DNA of 64,000 bases from Candidatus Dormiibacterota bacterium (GCA_027365835.1 DAHXLU010000103.1:1260-65259), one strand, 5' to 3'. Shown: positions 1 through 10,220, counted from the first letter of the stretch. Numbers and translations: made by a program. The notes: generated by a model from the letters alone, not told the origin.

Positions 1-16
1 CGCTTCAGTATGGATG

Positions 17-1099
17 TCAGGCCACCGTGACGGCTGGGTCCAGGTAGACATCCTGTATGGCATTGAGCAATGCGACGCCTTCATTCATGGGGCGCTGGAA
101 AGCCTTTCTGCCGGAGATGAGGCCGCTGCCCCCGGCCCGCTTGTTGATGACTGCGGTTCGCACAGCTTCTGCCAGGTCCTTGGCACCAGATGCCGCTCCT
201 CCAGAGTTTATGAGTCCAGCCCGTCCCATGTAACAGTTGGCCACCTGGTACCGGGTCAGGTCGATTGGGTGGGGCGAGGTGAGTTTGGTGTAAACCCGCT
301 CGTCTGTCTTTCCAAACTTGAGTGCGGTATAGCCACCGTTGGTGGCTGGGAGCTTCTGCTTGATGATGTCCGCCTGAATGGTGACCCCAAGATGGTTCGC
401 CTGGCCGGTCAGGTCGGCAGCAACATGGTAGTCAGCCTCAGGCGTTGAGAACGCCGGGTTGCGCAGGTAGCACCAGAGAATGGTTGCCATGCCCAGCTCA
501 TGGGCTTCCTCGAACGCAGCTGACACCTCCCGGAGTTGCCTGGTAGATTCCTCTGATCCGAAATAGATGGTTGCCCCCACAGCGACTGCGCCAAGGTTCC
601 ATGCTTGCCTGGGCGTGCCAAACATCACCTGATCAAACCGGTTTGGATAGGTCAGCAGTTCGTTGTGGTTGAGCTTGCAGATAAACGGTATGCGATGTGC
701 GTACTTGCGGGACACGGAGCCAAGCACCCCGAGCGTCGAGGCAACGGCGTTGCAGCCTCCAGCCATTGCCAGTTCAACAATTTTCGCACCGTCGAAGTAT
801 TCTGGCTCTGGAGCAAATGATGCGCCCGCAGAATGTTCAATCCCCTGATCTACAGGCAGGATGGACAGGTAGCCGGTTCCTCCGAGCCGGCCGTGGCTGT
901 ACAGTGTCTGCAGACTGCGGAGAACCTGCGGGCTCCGGTCCGAGATAGCCCAGACCCGGTCTACAAAGTCAGGGCCAGGGAGGTGCAGCAGGCTGGCTGG
1001 GATGGTCGTGCACTTGTGTTCGAGTAATAGAGCCGCGTCCTTGCCGAGCAGCTCCTCAATGTGCCTGGTTTTGACCTCAGTGGCCGTTACTGGACTCAT
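17..1099 (-). CDS. fbaB: Class I (DhnA-type) fructose-bisphosphate aldolase
   Basis: 360 aa, collinear along its whole length with E. coli FbaB (e.g. [23 protein letters not shown] and [15 protein letters not shown] blocks) as recalled from memory. Confidence 0.9.
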   Translation of the reverse strand: MSPVTATEVKTRHIEELLGKDAALLLEHKCTTIPASLLHLPGPDFVDRVWAISDRSPQVLRSLQTLYSHGRLGGTGYLSILPVDQGIEHSAGASFAPEPEYFDGAKIVELAMAGGCNAVASTLGVLGSVSRKYAHRIPFICKLNHNELLTYPNRFDQVMFGTPRQAWNLGAVAVGATIYFGSEESTRQLREVSAAFEEAHELGMATILWCYLRNPAFSTPEADYHVAADLTGQANHLGVTIQADIIKQKLPATNGGYTALKFGKTDERVYTKLTSPHPIDLTRYQVANCYMGRAGLINSGGAASGAKDLAEAVRTAVINKRAGGSGLISGRKAFQRPMNEGVALLNAIQDVYLDPAVTVA

Positions 1100-1288
1100 T
1101 ATGTAACCTCACTCCTTCTGGGCAATCTTTTTCCAGCTGGTGTGCCTTATACCCTTGACCCTCATTGTCTCTCATTGCCCAGCCGGTCTGGCAGCGCTTC
1201 GGGCTATGGCATGCACAGCTCCTCCGGCAAGAATTGAGCCCGCCCCGGTGGCCCGCACCGTCCCAAGTCGGGTACCCTAGTTTCCTGT

Positions 1289-2656
1289 ATGGAAATTATG
1301 CAGATTACCGGTGGGATACCCCTGGAAGGCGTTGTGCGGGTTTCTGGCAGCAAGAACGCCGCACTTCCAACGATGGCGGCCGCTCTTCTCTCTGCAGATC
1401 CGGTCGAGTTGACCAATGTCCCCGACATTGACGACATTCCTGTCATGACCGAGATCCTGTCGCTCCTGGGTGCATCAGTAACCAGCAAGGGCCGTGCCGG
1501 GCTGCAAATCGTGGCGAAGGAGCTGGATTCGCGTCCCATTCCGGAGGAGCTGACGCGCCGGATACGGGGTTCGTTTCTGCTATTTGGGGCTCTGGTAGGA
1601 AGAACCGGGCACGCTCACATTGCCAAGCCAGGCGGGGATGATATCGGAATGAGAAGGGTCGAGCAGCATCTGGAGGGGTTGCGCCATATGGGCGCACAGG
1701 TGGAAGACACAGGGGATGCGTATGTGGCACATGCGCCCCATGGACTGCATGGGGCGCGCATCGACCTTGACATGCCAACTGTTACCGGAACAGAGAACCT
1801 CATGATGGCGGCAGCGCTGGCCGAAGGGGTCACCGTCATCACCAACGCTGCACGTGAACCGCACGTCGTGAACCTGGCAGAGTGCATCTGTTCGATGGGA
1901 TGCAGGGTCAGCGGCGCTGGCACGGGTGTGATTTTTATCGATGGAGTTGGCGGAAGGGGCGGCCGCAAGACCCTCCATGGCACCATTCATCCCGTCACGT
2001 CAGATTACATTGAGGCCGGTACCTACATGATGGCTGCAGCAGCAACAGGAGGTGATGTTACCTGTGCTGGTATCTCTCCTCCCGACGTGTACTCGCTCTC
2101 CAACAAGCTGCGGGCATCCGGTTGTGAGGTTACCGAGGGAACGTCCCATGTGCGGGTGAAAGGGAAGGTCAGCCGCGCGGTGGATGCAACCACCTGGCCC
2201 CATCCTGGTTTTGCCACTGACCTCCAGTCCCAGTACGTGGCACTCATGACCCAGGCGGAGGGGTTGTGCATGGTTTCCGAGGCTGTCTTTGAGAACCGCT
2301 TTCGCCATGTGGAAGAGCTGCGCCGGATGGGGGCTGATGTCAGGATTGAGGGCCGGAGCGTTGTGGTAAGTGGACCTTCCCACCTTGATGGCACCCGGGT
2401 GGAGATCAGTGATATAAGGAGTGGGGCCGCCCTTGTGATAGCAGCAATGTGTGCCGAGGGGACAACCAGCCTTACCCAGATTCAGCATCTGGATCGGGGA
2501 TACGAGGACCTGGACCAGAAGCTGGTCGCCCTTGGAGCCAGGCTGGCAAGAGTGTGTGAGCCTGCGCTGGTCGGCTCAGGGACTGAGCCAGGTGGTTCAG
2601 AGTCGGCCACAGGCGGTGGTCCGGGGTCCGTCCCTCCTGTAAGTGGTTATGAATAG
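1289..2656 (+). CDS. murA: UDP-N-acetylglucosamine 1-carboxyvinyltransferase
   Basis: N-terminus MEIMQITGG...VRVSGSKNAALP and overall MurA/EPSP-synthase-like architecture; about 455 aa with a short Gly/Pro-rich C-terminal tail. Confidence 0.88.
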   Translation: MEIMQITGGIPLEGVVRVSGSKNAALPTMAAALLSADPVELTNVPDIDDIPVMTEILSLLGASVTSKGRAGLQIVAKELDSRPIPEELTRRIRGSFLLFGALVGRTGHAHIAKPGGDDIGMRRVEQHLEGLRHMGAQVEDTGDAYVAHAPHGLHGARIDLDMPTVTGTENLMMAAALAEGVTVITNAAREPHVVNLAECICSMGCRVSGAGTGVIFIDGVGGRGGRKTLHGTIHPVTSDYIEAGTYMMAAAATGGDVTCAGISPPDVYSLSNKLRASGCEVTEGTSHVRVKGKVSRAVDATTWPHPGFATDLQSQYVALMTQAEGLCMVSEAVFENRFRHVEELRRMGADVRIEGRSVVVSGPSHLDGTRVEISDIRSGAALVIAAMCAEGTTSLTQIQHLDRGYEDLDQKLVALGARLARVCEPALVGSGTEPGGSESATGGGPGSVPPVSGYE

Positions 2657-2691
2657 GGCGCATGCGCTAGCCTCAAGCCAGGGAGGAGGCA

Positions 2692-3594
2692 GTGCTGGGG
2701 CGTAAGCTCGCCATAGACCTGACGCCGGGTCTGGTCCGGTACCAGGCAAGAGGCGACTCAAATTTTGGGGCTGAGCCTGCAGCAGTGGCAAGAGATCCGC
2801 AGACCGGGACGGTGCTGGCAGTGGGTGCAAGGGCGTTGCAGAACCCCTTTCCCAGCCTGTCATATCCCGTTGGGCAGGAAGCACAGGGGGATTTGTCATT
2901 GCTGGCCGCACTGGTCTCGCGGGTTGCTGCAAGGGGGTTGGGCCGTCAGTGGTTCTTTCGCCCCGACGTGATTGTGGTGGTGGATGCAGGAACTCCAGGC
3001 AGGCAGAGGGAGGCGATCCTTGATGCCCTTGCCTCTCTAGATGCCCATTCCATGTTTCTTATGGACCGTCCGGTGGCGGCCGCAATTGGGGCCGGTCGGC
3101 ACGTGAGCGGGAGTGATGGCGGGCTGGTGGCCGTCGTTGAGCCTCATGGGGTTGAGATGGGGCTGGTCGCACTGGACGGCCTTATGTGGGCGAGCTCTGT
3201 CACCTGGGCCCATGGCATGGCCGCTGTGCCTTCAACGGTCAGTCGCGACGACAGCACAGCGGCCCTGTCAGCACGGCTTGCCAGTGCGGGCGAGGCCTTC
3301 CTGGAGGCGGGGACCTTTGCGCCAGTTGCTGATGCCGCTGCGGTGGAGATCTACACCCAGGTGTGCGACATGGTGGTAGAAGGGCTGCGGGCACAGCGCA
3401 GGGGTACACGCAGCCTGCCGGTTGTCCTTTGCGGTGCTCTGGCAGCCGTCCCAGCCGTGGCCCGGGTCATTGGAGCCAGGGCAGGGGTACAGGTCACTGT
3501 TCCCCCCTTGCCAGCAGCTGCAGCATTGAGAGGGGCTCTGGCCATGCTGTCTGCCCGCGAGACCAGCAGGACCGAACTTCAGTACCTGAGGTAG
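2692..3594 (+). CDS. MreB/Mbl-family actin-like protein with degenerate nucleotide-binding motifs
   Basis: GTG start preceded by GGGAGGAGG. Aligns block-wise to MreB (LAIDLTPGLV vs IDLGTANT; RPDVIVVVDAG...DRPVAAAIGAG vs the connect motif; LVAVVEPHGVE vs DIGGGTTE). The phosphate-1 and phosphate-2 glycines are not conserved. Confidence 0.6.
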   Translation: MLGRKLAIDLTPGLVRYQARGDSNFGAEPAAVARDPQTGTVLAVGARALQNPFPSLSYPVGQEAQGDLSLLAALVSRVAARGLGRQWFFRPDVIVVVDAGTPGRQREAILDALASLDAHSMFLMDRPVAAAIGAGRHVSGSDGGLVAVVEPHGVEMGLVALDGLMWASSVTWAHGMAAVPSTVSRDDSTAALSARLASAGEAFLEAGTFAPVADAAAVEIYTQVCDMVVEGLRAQRRGTRSLPVVLCGALAAVPAVARVIGARAGVQVTVPPLPAAAALRGALAMLSARETSRTELQYLR

Positions 3595-3749
3595 CCAGGT
3601 ACCCGGCTGCAGGAGCAGGGTTGCTGCATGTATCTGGTTCTGGAGTGGTTCTGGCCGACGGAATAGGGCGATAATGAGGACGGTATGAATTCCTGCAACC
3701 TGGCTGTAGCGCATCGCTTGCCTGCCTCTGTGCCTGCTGTGCTCCGGGC

Positions 3750-4709
3750 ATGGGGACCAGCATGAATCTGGTTGTTTCATACCTTTCAACGTTCTGGTCC
3801 GGAGTGACCTGGAGAGATGCGATAGACATTATCGTTGTTGCGGCAGTCCTCTACCAGATTCTCAAACTTATCCGTGGCACCCAGGCCGTGCAACTTCTGG
3901 CAGGGCTGGCCATTCTTTTCGCCATGGATTTTTTCGCGCAGCAGCTACACTTGAGGCTGCTGGACTTTATTTTCAACAACGGCTCCCAGGCGATAGTGAT
4001 CGCTGTCGTCGTTCTCTTTCAGCCAGAGCTACGGCGAGCGCTGGATCAGATGGGACGCCTTGGGATGATCCGGCCCCTGGCCCACCATAACGTGGCACTG
4101 CAGCAGACGATTATCGGTGAGGTCTGTCAGATGGCATTTTTTCTGTCAGAACACCGGCAGGGGGCCCTGGTTGTGTTTCAGCGGGAAACCGGTCTGGAGG
4201 ATATTGCTACAACTGGGGTACACATTCATGCCGAGGTTTCCGCAGAGCTGTTGGAGACCATATTTCATACTGGATCGCCCCTGCATGACGGGGCAGTGAT
4301 AATCCATAGCGGGCAGATTCTGGCGGCTGGATGTGTGCTTCCCCTGGCTGAGGGTAGTACCAGGGGTGGAAGGCTCGGCACCCGCCATAGGGCTGCACTG
4401 GGCCTTACCACACGGGGGGACGCAATCGTGGTGATAGTCAGTGAGGAGACTGGAGCTGTGTCACTGGCGCTTGCCGGGAGGCTGCTTCGAAACCTGGACC
4501 AGGAGACTCTCCGCTCAGTCCTACTCTCAGAGTTGGGCGCGCAGGTGCATGGACCCCGCAGTCATGTGTTCCCGTTTGGCCATCAGGTGGCTGCGCCGGC
4601 GGTACGGAGGAAAACGGCTGTCTCAGGGGCGGGACCAGACACCCCTGTAGCTGCTCCTGTGGCAACTTCCTCCAAACCCACTCATGGACAGGAGGAAACT
4701 GATGCCTGA
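3750..4709 (+). CDS. cdaA: Diadenylate cyclase CdaA (DAC domain, membrane-anchored)
   Basis: N-terminal transmembrane helices followed by a DAC domain with the HDGAVII and TRHRAALGL motifs. Confidence 0.9.
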   Translation: MGTSMNLVVSYLSTFWSGVTWRDAIDIIVVAAVLYQILKLIRGTQAVQLLAGLAILFAMDFFAQQLHLRLLDFIFNNGSQAIVIAVVVLFQPELRRALDQMGRLGMIRPLAHHNVALQQTIIGEVCQMAFFLSEHRQGALVVFQRETGLEDIATTGVHIHAEVSAELLETIFHTGSPLHDGAVIIHSGQILAAGCVLPLAEGSTRGGRLGTRHRAALGLTTRGDAIVVIVSEETGAVSLALAGRLLRNLDQETLRSVLLSELGAQVHGPRSHVFPFGHQVAAPAVRRKTAVSGAGPDTPVAAPVATSSKPTHGQEETDA

Positions 4710-5751
4710 CATCATCGCCTCCAACTTTCGCCTGAAACTACTGGCAGTGGTGCTTACACTGGCCATGTGGGGCGCGGTCGCGTACAGTAGCAACCCTCCC
4801 GGGCTAATCACTGTTTCGGTTCCGGTCCCGCAGAGCCCCGCAAGCATCCCGTCGACATGGATCCTTATGGCTCCGGTGCTGCCCGTGCATGTTGAGGTGA
4901 CCGGTGCGCAAAGTGATCTGAACGGATTTCGCGTTTCCGACATAGTTGCTACAGCGGATTACGGTGCTATCCGGCATGCCGGAGTCCAGGAGATTCCTCT
5001 TTCACTGGTGAACTATGACAACGCGGTTCAGCTGTACCAGCCGCCCAAGGTAGTGCAGGTAGATGTTGAGCCCATGGGCTCCAAGCAGATTCCAGTAACA
5101 GTTGTCGTCGCGCAGCCTCCTCCTTCTGGGTTTCATGTGCAGACGGCTACCGCTTCCCCTGCCACCATCGTTATTAGCGGACCGAGTGGCCAGCTGAGCC
5201 GTGTAGTTGCCAGTGCTCCGGTGGTTTTGTCCAACCAGAAGGCAAACCTCGTGGAGGACGTTCCGGTACGGCTGACTATAGATGGGCGTCCGGTTGGGGA
5301 CATGTCAGAGAGCCCGCCTACGGTCCAGGTAACGGTAACCATCGTGTCTGCCAACACTACTCGTCTTTTAGGGGTCGTACCTTCCCTGGGTGGAACGCTG
5401 CGGGCAGGGCTGCAGCTACAGAGTATCTCACTGACTCCGGCAGCAGTGACAGTGTTTGGGCCGGAAACAATACTCAACGCCCTGACCAGCCTGTCCACCT
5501 CTCCAATAAACCTGTCGAGCCTTGCGGTTGGGAGCCAGAGGGCAAGCCTCTCCATCTCGCTCCCTGCTGGGGTTACCCTGGTCACGTCTACTGGCAGCCA
5601 GAGCAGCTCCGGGACAGTCATTGTCACTATCGTTGTCGGGCAGATAGTCGTGCCGGCAAGTCCTACTCCAACACCGGTTCCATCCCCGTCCCCTGTCTCC
5701 AGTCCTTCGCCAACAGCCGGGTCGGGGGCGGGCCCGACAGCGACCCCATGA
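4702..5751 (+). CDS. cdaR: CdaA regulatory protein CdaR (YbbR-like repeats)
   Basis: Start overlaps the cdaA stop (ATGCCTGA). N-terminal transmembrane helix followed by repetitive YbbR-like beta-rich segments and a Pro/Ser-rich tail. Position directly after cdaA is as expected. Confidence 0.75.
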   Translation: MPDIIASNFRLKLLAVVLTLAMWGAVAYSSNPPGLITVSVPVPQSPASIPSTWILMAPVLPVHVEVTGAQSDLNGFRVSDIVATADYGAIRHAGVQEIPLSLVNYDNAVQLYQPPKVVQVDVEPMGSKQIPVTVVVAQPPPSGFHVQTATASPATIVISGPSGQLSRVVASAPVVLSNQKANLVEDVPVRLTIDGRPVGDMSESPPTVQVTVTIVSANTTRLLGVVPSLGGTLRAGLQLQSISLTPAAVTVFGPETILNALTSLSTSPINLSSLAVGSQRASLSISLPAGVTLVTSTGSQSSSGTVIVTIVVGQIVVPASPTPTPVPSPSPVSSPSPTAGSGAGPTATP

Positions 5752-5848
5752 CCAGGCGCTCGCAGGTCCTGGCTTGCAGCCTGTTTACTCTCCAGTGTCG
5801 CCCGGGTATTGTTGTAACTGAACCTGTACGGAGGACGTTGTTTTAGCC

Positions 5849-7675
5849 ATGTGCGGCATTATTGGTTACGCGGGGGTGAATCCCGCTACTCCGATCCTGG
5901 TGGACAGCCTGCGCAGACTTGAATACCGCGGATATGATTCTGCTGGAATAGCTGTCCTGGGTGCGTATGGCGACCGGGCTACTGTTTTCAAGAGCGAGCG
6001 AAAGGTGGATGACCTGGCCCTGCGCCTCTCGGCCGAGGGGGTGCCCCTGGGCCACGTAGGGATAGGCCACACGCGCTGGGCCACCCATGGCAATCCAACA
6101 CTTGTCAACGCGCACCCACATACAGACTGCACTGGCAGGATCCACCTGATTCACAATGGCATTATTGAGAACTATGCCCCTCTGAAGGCTGGTCTCATGG
6201 CAGCTGGCCACCACTTTTCCAGCGATACGGATACTGAGGTTGTCGCACATCTAATTGAGGATAAATATGATGGAGATCTTTCGCTTGCTGTGCGCCTGGC
6301 TCTCAACGCCGTAAGTGGGACGTATGCACTTGTCGTTGTAGCTGAGGATCAGCCAGACGTCATCGTCGGGGCGCGCCTCAATTCGCCACTGGTGGTTGGA
6401 ACGAGTGGGGGAGATGTCTATATCAGCAGCGATCCGGCTGCCTTGATTCCATATACACGCGATATTTTCTATCTCGGGGAGGGGCAGATAGTAACCGGCA
6501 GCGAAGGGGGGATAACCGTGACCACGCTCGAGGGAGAGGTGGTAAAGCCTTTGTTTACGCGGGTGGAATGGGATGCAGAGCAGGCTGAAAAAGGGGGTTT
6601 CCCCCACTTTTTTCTGAAGGAGATTTACGATCAGCCTGAGTCGGCGGTCAACTGCATGAGAGGGCGGGTAGCAGCAGACGGAGGGATCACCCTGGAGTCC
6701 ATTGACGGGATGCCAGAGGTTACCACTGCGACTATCATCGCCTGCGGAACTGCAAGATACGCTGGAATGGTTGGCAGGCTTGCCCTGGAACGGCTTGCCG
6801 GCATTCGTACTGATGTTGTCGAGTCCAGTGAGTTTCGCTACTGCGAACCTGTAATACAGAAAGGGCATCTGGTGGTAGCCATCTCGCAGTCAGGCGAAAC
6901 TGCAGACACGCTGGCAGCGGCCAGGGAGGCGCGCTCGCGGGGAGCATACGTGATTGCAGTGACCAATGTACAGGGGAGTGCGCTTACCCGGATTGCAGAT
7001 TCAGTGCTGTACATGCAGGCGGGCCCAGAAATATCGGTAGCTGCAACCAAGACCTTTGTGACGCAACTGCTTTGTGTAATCATGCTCGCAGCTGCGCTCG
7101 GGAGGATGACCGGAGCCATTACTGAGGAGCAGATCCATATTCTCGGTTCTGAGATGCTCGAGCTGCCAGACCGGATGACGAGGACGCTTGAGCTGCAGCC
7201 TGCGGTGGTCAAGATTGTAGGCAGGTATGCCCACCTTCGCCAGGCAATCTTTATCGGGCGGGACGTCAATGTGGCAGTTGCCCTGGAAGGGGCACTCAAG
7301 TTGAAGGAACTGGCCTATGTGTATGCAGAAGGGTATCCTGCGGGAGAGTTGAAGCATGGCCCGATAGCATTGCTGGAGGCATCTGTGCTGGTGATAGCGC
7401 TGGCGACCCAGTCATCCGTACTGCCAAAGCTGGTATCCAACGTTTCTGAATGCAGGGTCAGGAATGCCCCTGTAATGGGAATAGTTACTGAGGGTCACAA
7501 TCCGTTCTCTCCTGGAGAGCTGGATGAAGTGCTGGAAGTACCTTTTTGTAGTGAATTGCTGGCTCCAGTGATCAACGTCATCCCGTTGCAGCTTTTCGCC
7601 TACCATACTGCCGTGGCGCGCGGGTGCAATGTTGACCAGCCGCGAAATCTGGCAAAGTCGGTAACGGTAGAGTAG
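5849..7675 (+). CDS. glmS: Glutamine--fructose-6-phosphate aminotransferase
   Basis: Starts MCGIIGY (Ntn glutaminase Cys2); two SIS domains; 608 aa. Confidence 0.95.
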   Translation: MCGIIGYAGVNPATPILVDSLRRLEYRGYDSAGIAVLGAYGDRATVFKSERKVDDLALRLSAEGVPLGHVGIGHTRWATHGNPTLVNAHPHTDCTGRIHLIHNGIIENYAPLKAGLMAAGHHFSSDTDTEVVAHLIEDKYDGDLSLAVRLALNAVSGTYALVVVAEDQPDVIVGARLNSPLVVGTSGGDVYISSDPAALIPYTRDIFYLGEGQIVTGSEGGITVTTLEGEVVKPLFTRVEWDAEQAEKGGFPHFFLKEIYDQPESAVNCMRGRVAADGGITLESIDGMPEVTTATIIACGTARYAGMVGRLALERLAGIRTDVVESSEFRYCEPVIQKGHLVVAISQSGETADTLAAAREARSRGAYVIAVTNVQGSALTRIADSVLYMQAGPEISVAATKTFVTQLLCVIMLAAALGRMTGAITEEQIHILGSEMLELPDRMTRTLELQPAVVKIVGRYAHLRQAIFIGRDVNVAVALEGALKLKELAYVYAEGYPAGELKHGPIALLEASVLVIALATQSSVLPKLVSNVSECRVRNAPVMGIVTEGHNPFSPGELDEVLEVPFCSELLAPVINVIPLQLFAYHTAVARGCNVDQPRNLAKSVTVE

Positions 7676-9024
7676 TGGAGGTCACGTACCCCCCATTCCT
7701 AGGCGTCGATGTTGTTTCAATCGACAGGGTTGCGCGACTGGCAGCAGGCAAGCGCTTCTGTGAGCGGATTTTTACGGATCTCGAACTAACAGAAGCTAAC
7801 GGGCGCAGTGAGCGGCTGGCAGCAGCGTTTGCTGTCAAAGAGGCAGTGCGCAAGGTGTATGGATCTGCGGGTGTGTCGCCGCTCCCTGCCTTCTCGTCAA
7901 TCGAACTACGACATGGTGTCAGGGGTGCTCCATATGTACATGTGGATGGAGCGCCTGTAGGGTGCTCGTTATCCATCAGCCATGAGCAGGGCCTTGCAGT
8001 TGCAGTCGTGGCCATGGTGTCGGCCGGCCTGTACAACCAGACAGCTACGCTGCTCGACGTGAGTCTGGGTCCGCAACGCGAATTGGCGGCGGGTAAGGCG
8101 GTTATGTCCTGCAGTCTGCCCGCGAGGCCGCTTGATGGGCATAAGGGAACCTTTGGAACCGTCCTGGTGATCGGTGGGAGTCGCGGTCTGTCGGGAGCCC
8201 CCTATCTGGCTGCGATGGGTGCTGCGCGCACTGGAGCTGGGATGGTGCGGCTTATGGTTCCGCAGGATATCTATCCAGTGGTAGCTGGAAAATGCGCTGA
8301 GGTTATGGTCTACCCATTGCCTTCAGGAAGCGATGGTCAAGTAGGGGAAGGGGCCCTCCGGGCAGTGGAAGAACAGATGCAAGGCATCAGTGCGGTTGTA
8401 ATCGGTCCTGGGCTCGGAACCGGATTGCCTGCAATGAGAATGCTGGCGCAGCTACTGGAGCAGTGCCATGTTCCAGTAGTGGTCGATGCTGATGCACTGA
8501 ACCTTGTAGCAAGGCACGGCCTTTCCTTTGGGGGTGGTGTGGGTGTCAGGATAGCGACACCACACCCTGGGGAGATGGCAAGACTGTTGGGCAGGACGGT
8601 TGCGGATGTTCAGTCGGACCGGATTGGCGTTGCTACGGGATGTGCCGCTGAGCACGGGATTGTGGTTGTTCTCAAGGGAAGCGGCACTGTGGTGTCGAGC
8701 CCAGACGCGGAAGTGTGGGTGGGCCCAAAGGGAGTGGTGTCACTGGCAACAGCTGGCAGCGGGGACGTGCTGGCTGGGGTCCTGGGTGCCCTGGTGGCGG
8801 CGAAAGATTACGAGGCTGGACGCGTCGCCGGGGGCGTTGCGCTGCATGCTGTTGCTGGCATGCTTGCCCAGCAGGGGCACGGTATCGCCGGGGTGCTGGC
8901 GTCAGACCTTCTTGATGTCCTGCCAGCAGCTCAGGAGCTGTTGCGGGCCCGTCTGAGTCGCCAGGTGGATATGTCAGGGAATGGTACAGGAGGCTCCACG
9001 CCTTCCCGGGGGGGCCGGAGTTGA
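7675..9024 (+). CDS. Fusion of holo-ACP synthase (AcpS) with ADP-dependent NAD(P)H-hydrate dehydratase (YjeF C-terminal domain)
   Basis: N-terminal ~120 aa is an AcpS/4'-phosphopantetheinyl transferase (FLGVDVVSIDRV..., SLSISHEQGLAVAVV). The C-terminal ~300 aa is a YjeF_C carbohydrate-kinase-like domain (GHKGTFGTVLVIGGSRGLSGAPYLAAMGA...). GTG start overlaps the glmS stop. Confidence 0.8.
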   Translation: MEVTYPPFLGVDVVSIDRVARLAAGKRFCERIFTDLELTEANGRSERLAAAFAVKEAVRKVYGSAGVSPLPAFSSIELRHGVRGAPYVHVDGAPVGCSLSISHEQGLAVAVVAMVSAGLYNQTATLLDVSLGPQRELAAGKAVMSCSLPARPLDGHKGTFGTVLVIGGSRGLSGAPYLAAMGAARTGAGMVRLMVPQDIYPVVAGKCAEVMVYPLPSGSDGQVGEGALRAVEEQMQGISAVVIGPGLGTGLPAMRMLAQLLEQCHVPVVVDADALNLVARHGLSFGGGVGVRIATPHPGEMARLLGRTVADVQSDRIGVATGCAAEHGIVVVLKGSGTVVSSPDAEVWVGPKGVVSLATAGSGDVLAGVLGALVAAKDYEAGRVAGGVALHAVAGMLAQQGHGIAGVLASDLLDVLPAAQELLRARLSRQVDMSGNGTGGSTPSRGGRS

Positions 9025-9071
9025 GGCCCCTGCTCTCGGGGACCCCCTATCAGGGTGGGGCCACAGCTCCT

Positions 9072-10220
9072 ATGGCTGGAGCGGGCTACCGGTCACACCG
9101 CGGGAATGGTGGCTCTGGTTTGACGGACAACAAGATTGCTGAAATCGACACCGCCGCACTGCGCCACAATTTTCACCAGATCCACTCTCGCCTCAAAAGC
9201 GGTACGGCGGTGATGGCCATGGTCAAGGCGAACGCGTACGGTCATGGCATCGAAACCGTAAGGCCATGTCTGGAGTCCGCTGGAGTACAGTTTTTTGGCG
9301 TTTCTTCTTCCCAGGAGGCGCTGGAGTTGCGGGCCCTTGGCTGTCGTAGCCGTGTAGTTGTTGTGGGGGGGACTGTAGTTTCTGACTGGCCCCTCCTGGC
9401 CGCCCAGCATGTTGAGGTTGCAGTTCATAATCCCGAGCAGCTCTCGGCATTGCTTGGCTGGCAAGATTCCGTGGCGGAATCCTTTCGGGTGCATATCAAG
9501 TTTGACACTGGGATGAACCGCATTGGGCTGCCAGCACGGGACGCGCCAATGGTGCTGCAGAAACTGTCTGATGCTGGCTGTTCGGAGAGGGTGGCTGGCG
9601 TTTTCACACATTTTGCCGATGCCGACAACGCTGGCTCAGACTTTACGAGACGGCAGCATACAGGATTTGTGCCGGCCGTTGCTGCCGCACGCAAACTCAC
9701 TCCCTCAGCACTCCTTCATTGCTGTAATACGGCAGCCACCCTGCTCTATCCGGAATTTCATCATGACATGGTGCGGCCGGGCCTGGGTTTGTACGGATAT
9801 GGCCCAGAAGGAGTCTGTGATCTGCGTCCGGTTATGACTGTGCGGGCCATGGTAACCCAGGTTAAGAAAGTTGCTGCTGGCGAGTTTGTAGGCTACGGCT
9901 GTACCTACCAGGCACGGGAGGACAAAAAGGTTGCGACTGTGTGCGTGGGATACGCAGACGGCGTGCACAGGCTCCAGGGCAATCGGGGCGCTGTTGTGCT
10001 CGCTGGCGTCCGCTGTCCGATCATCGGCGCGGTGAGTATGGATCAGATAACAGTTGACTGCAGCAGGGCTGATGCCGTACATGTGGGGCAGTGGGCGACG
10101 CTGGTGGGGGAGGGTCTCTGGGCAGAAGAGGTCGCGCGGGCATCGGACACAATCAGTTATGAGGTCTTGACCTCGGTGTCTGCACGCGTCAGGCGGGTCG
10201 TGCCAGGCACCGCAGTTTGA
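9072..10220 (+). CDS. alr: Alanine racemase
   Basis: MAMVKANAYGHG PLP-lysine motif and full-length Alr architecture. Start uncertain: the ORF is open from a TTG at 9021 that overlaps the upstream stop. Confidence 0.88.
   Translation: MAGAGYRSHRGNGGSGLTDNKIAEIDTAALRHNFHQIHSRLKSGTAVMAMVKANAYGHGIETVRPCLESAGVQFFGVSSSQEALELRALGCRSRVVVVGGTVVSDWPLLAAQHVEVAVHNPEQLSALLGWQDSVAESFRVHIKFDTGMNRIGLPARDAPMVLQKLSDAGCSERVAGVFTHFADADNAGSDFTRRQHTGFVPAVAAARKLTPSALLHCCNTAATLLYPEFHHDMVRPGLGLYGYGPEGVCDLRPVMTVRAMVTQVKKVAAGEFVGYGCTYQAREDKKVATVCVGYADGVHRLQGNRGAVVLAGVRCPIIGAVSMDQITVDCSRADAVHVGQWATLVGEGLWAEEVARASDTISYEVLTSVSARVRRVVPGTAV

Noticed and set aside
5752-5848. Possible glmS ribozyme/riboswitch upstream of glmS
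   Set aside because: Only 97 nt are available, and none of the conserved glmS ribozyme core sequences or pseudoknot elements are evident. cdaR-glmS looks like a simple operon junction.
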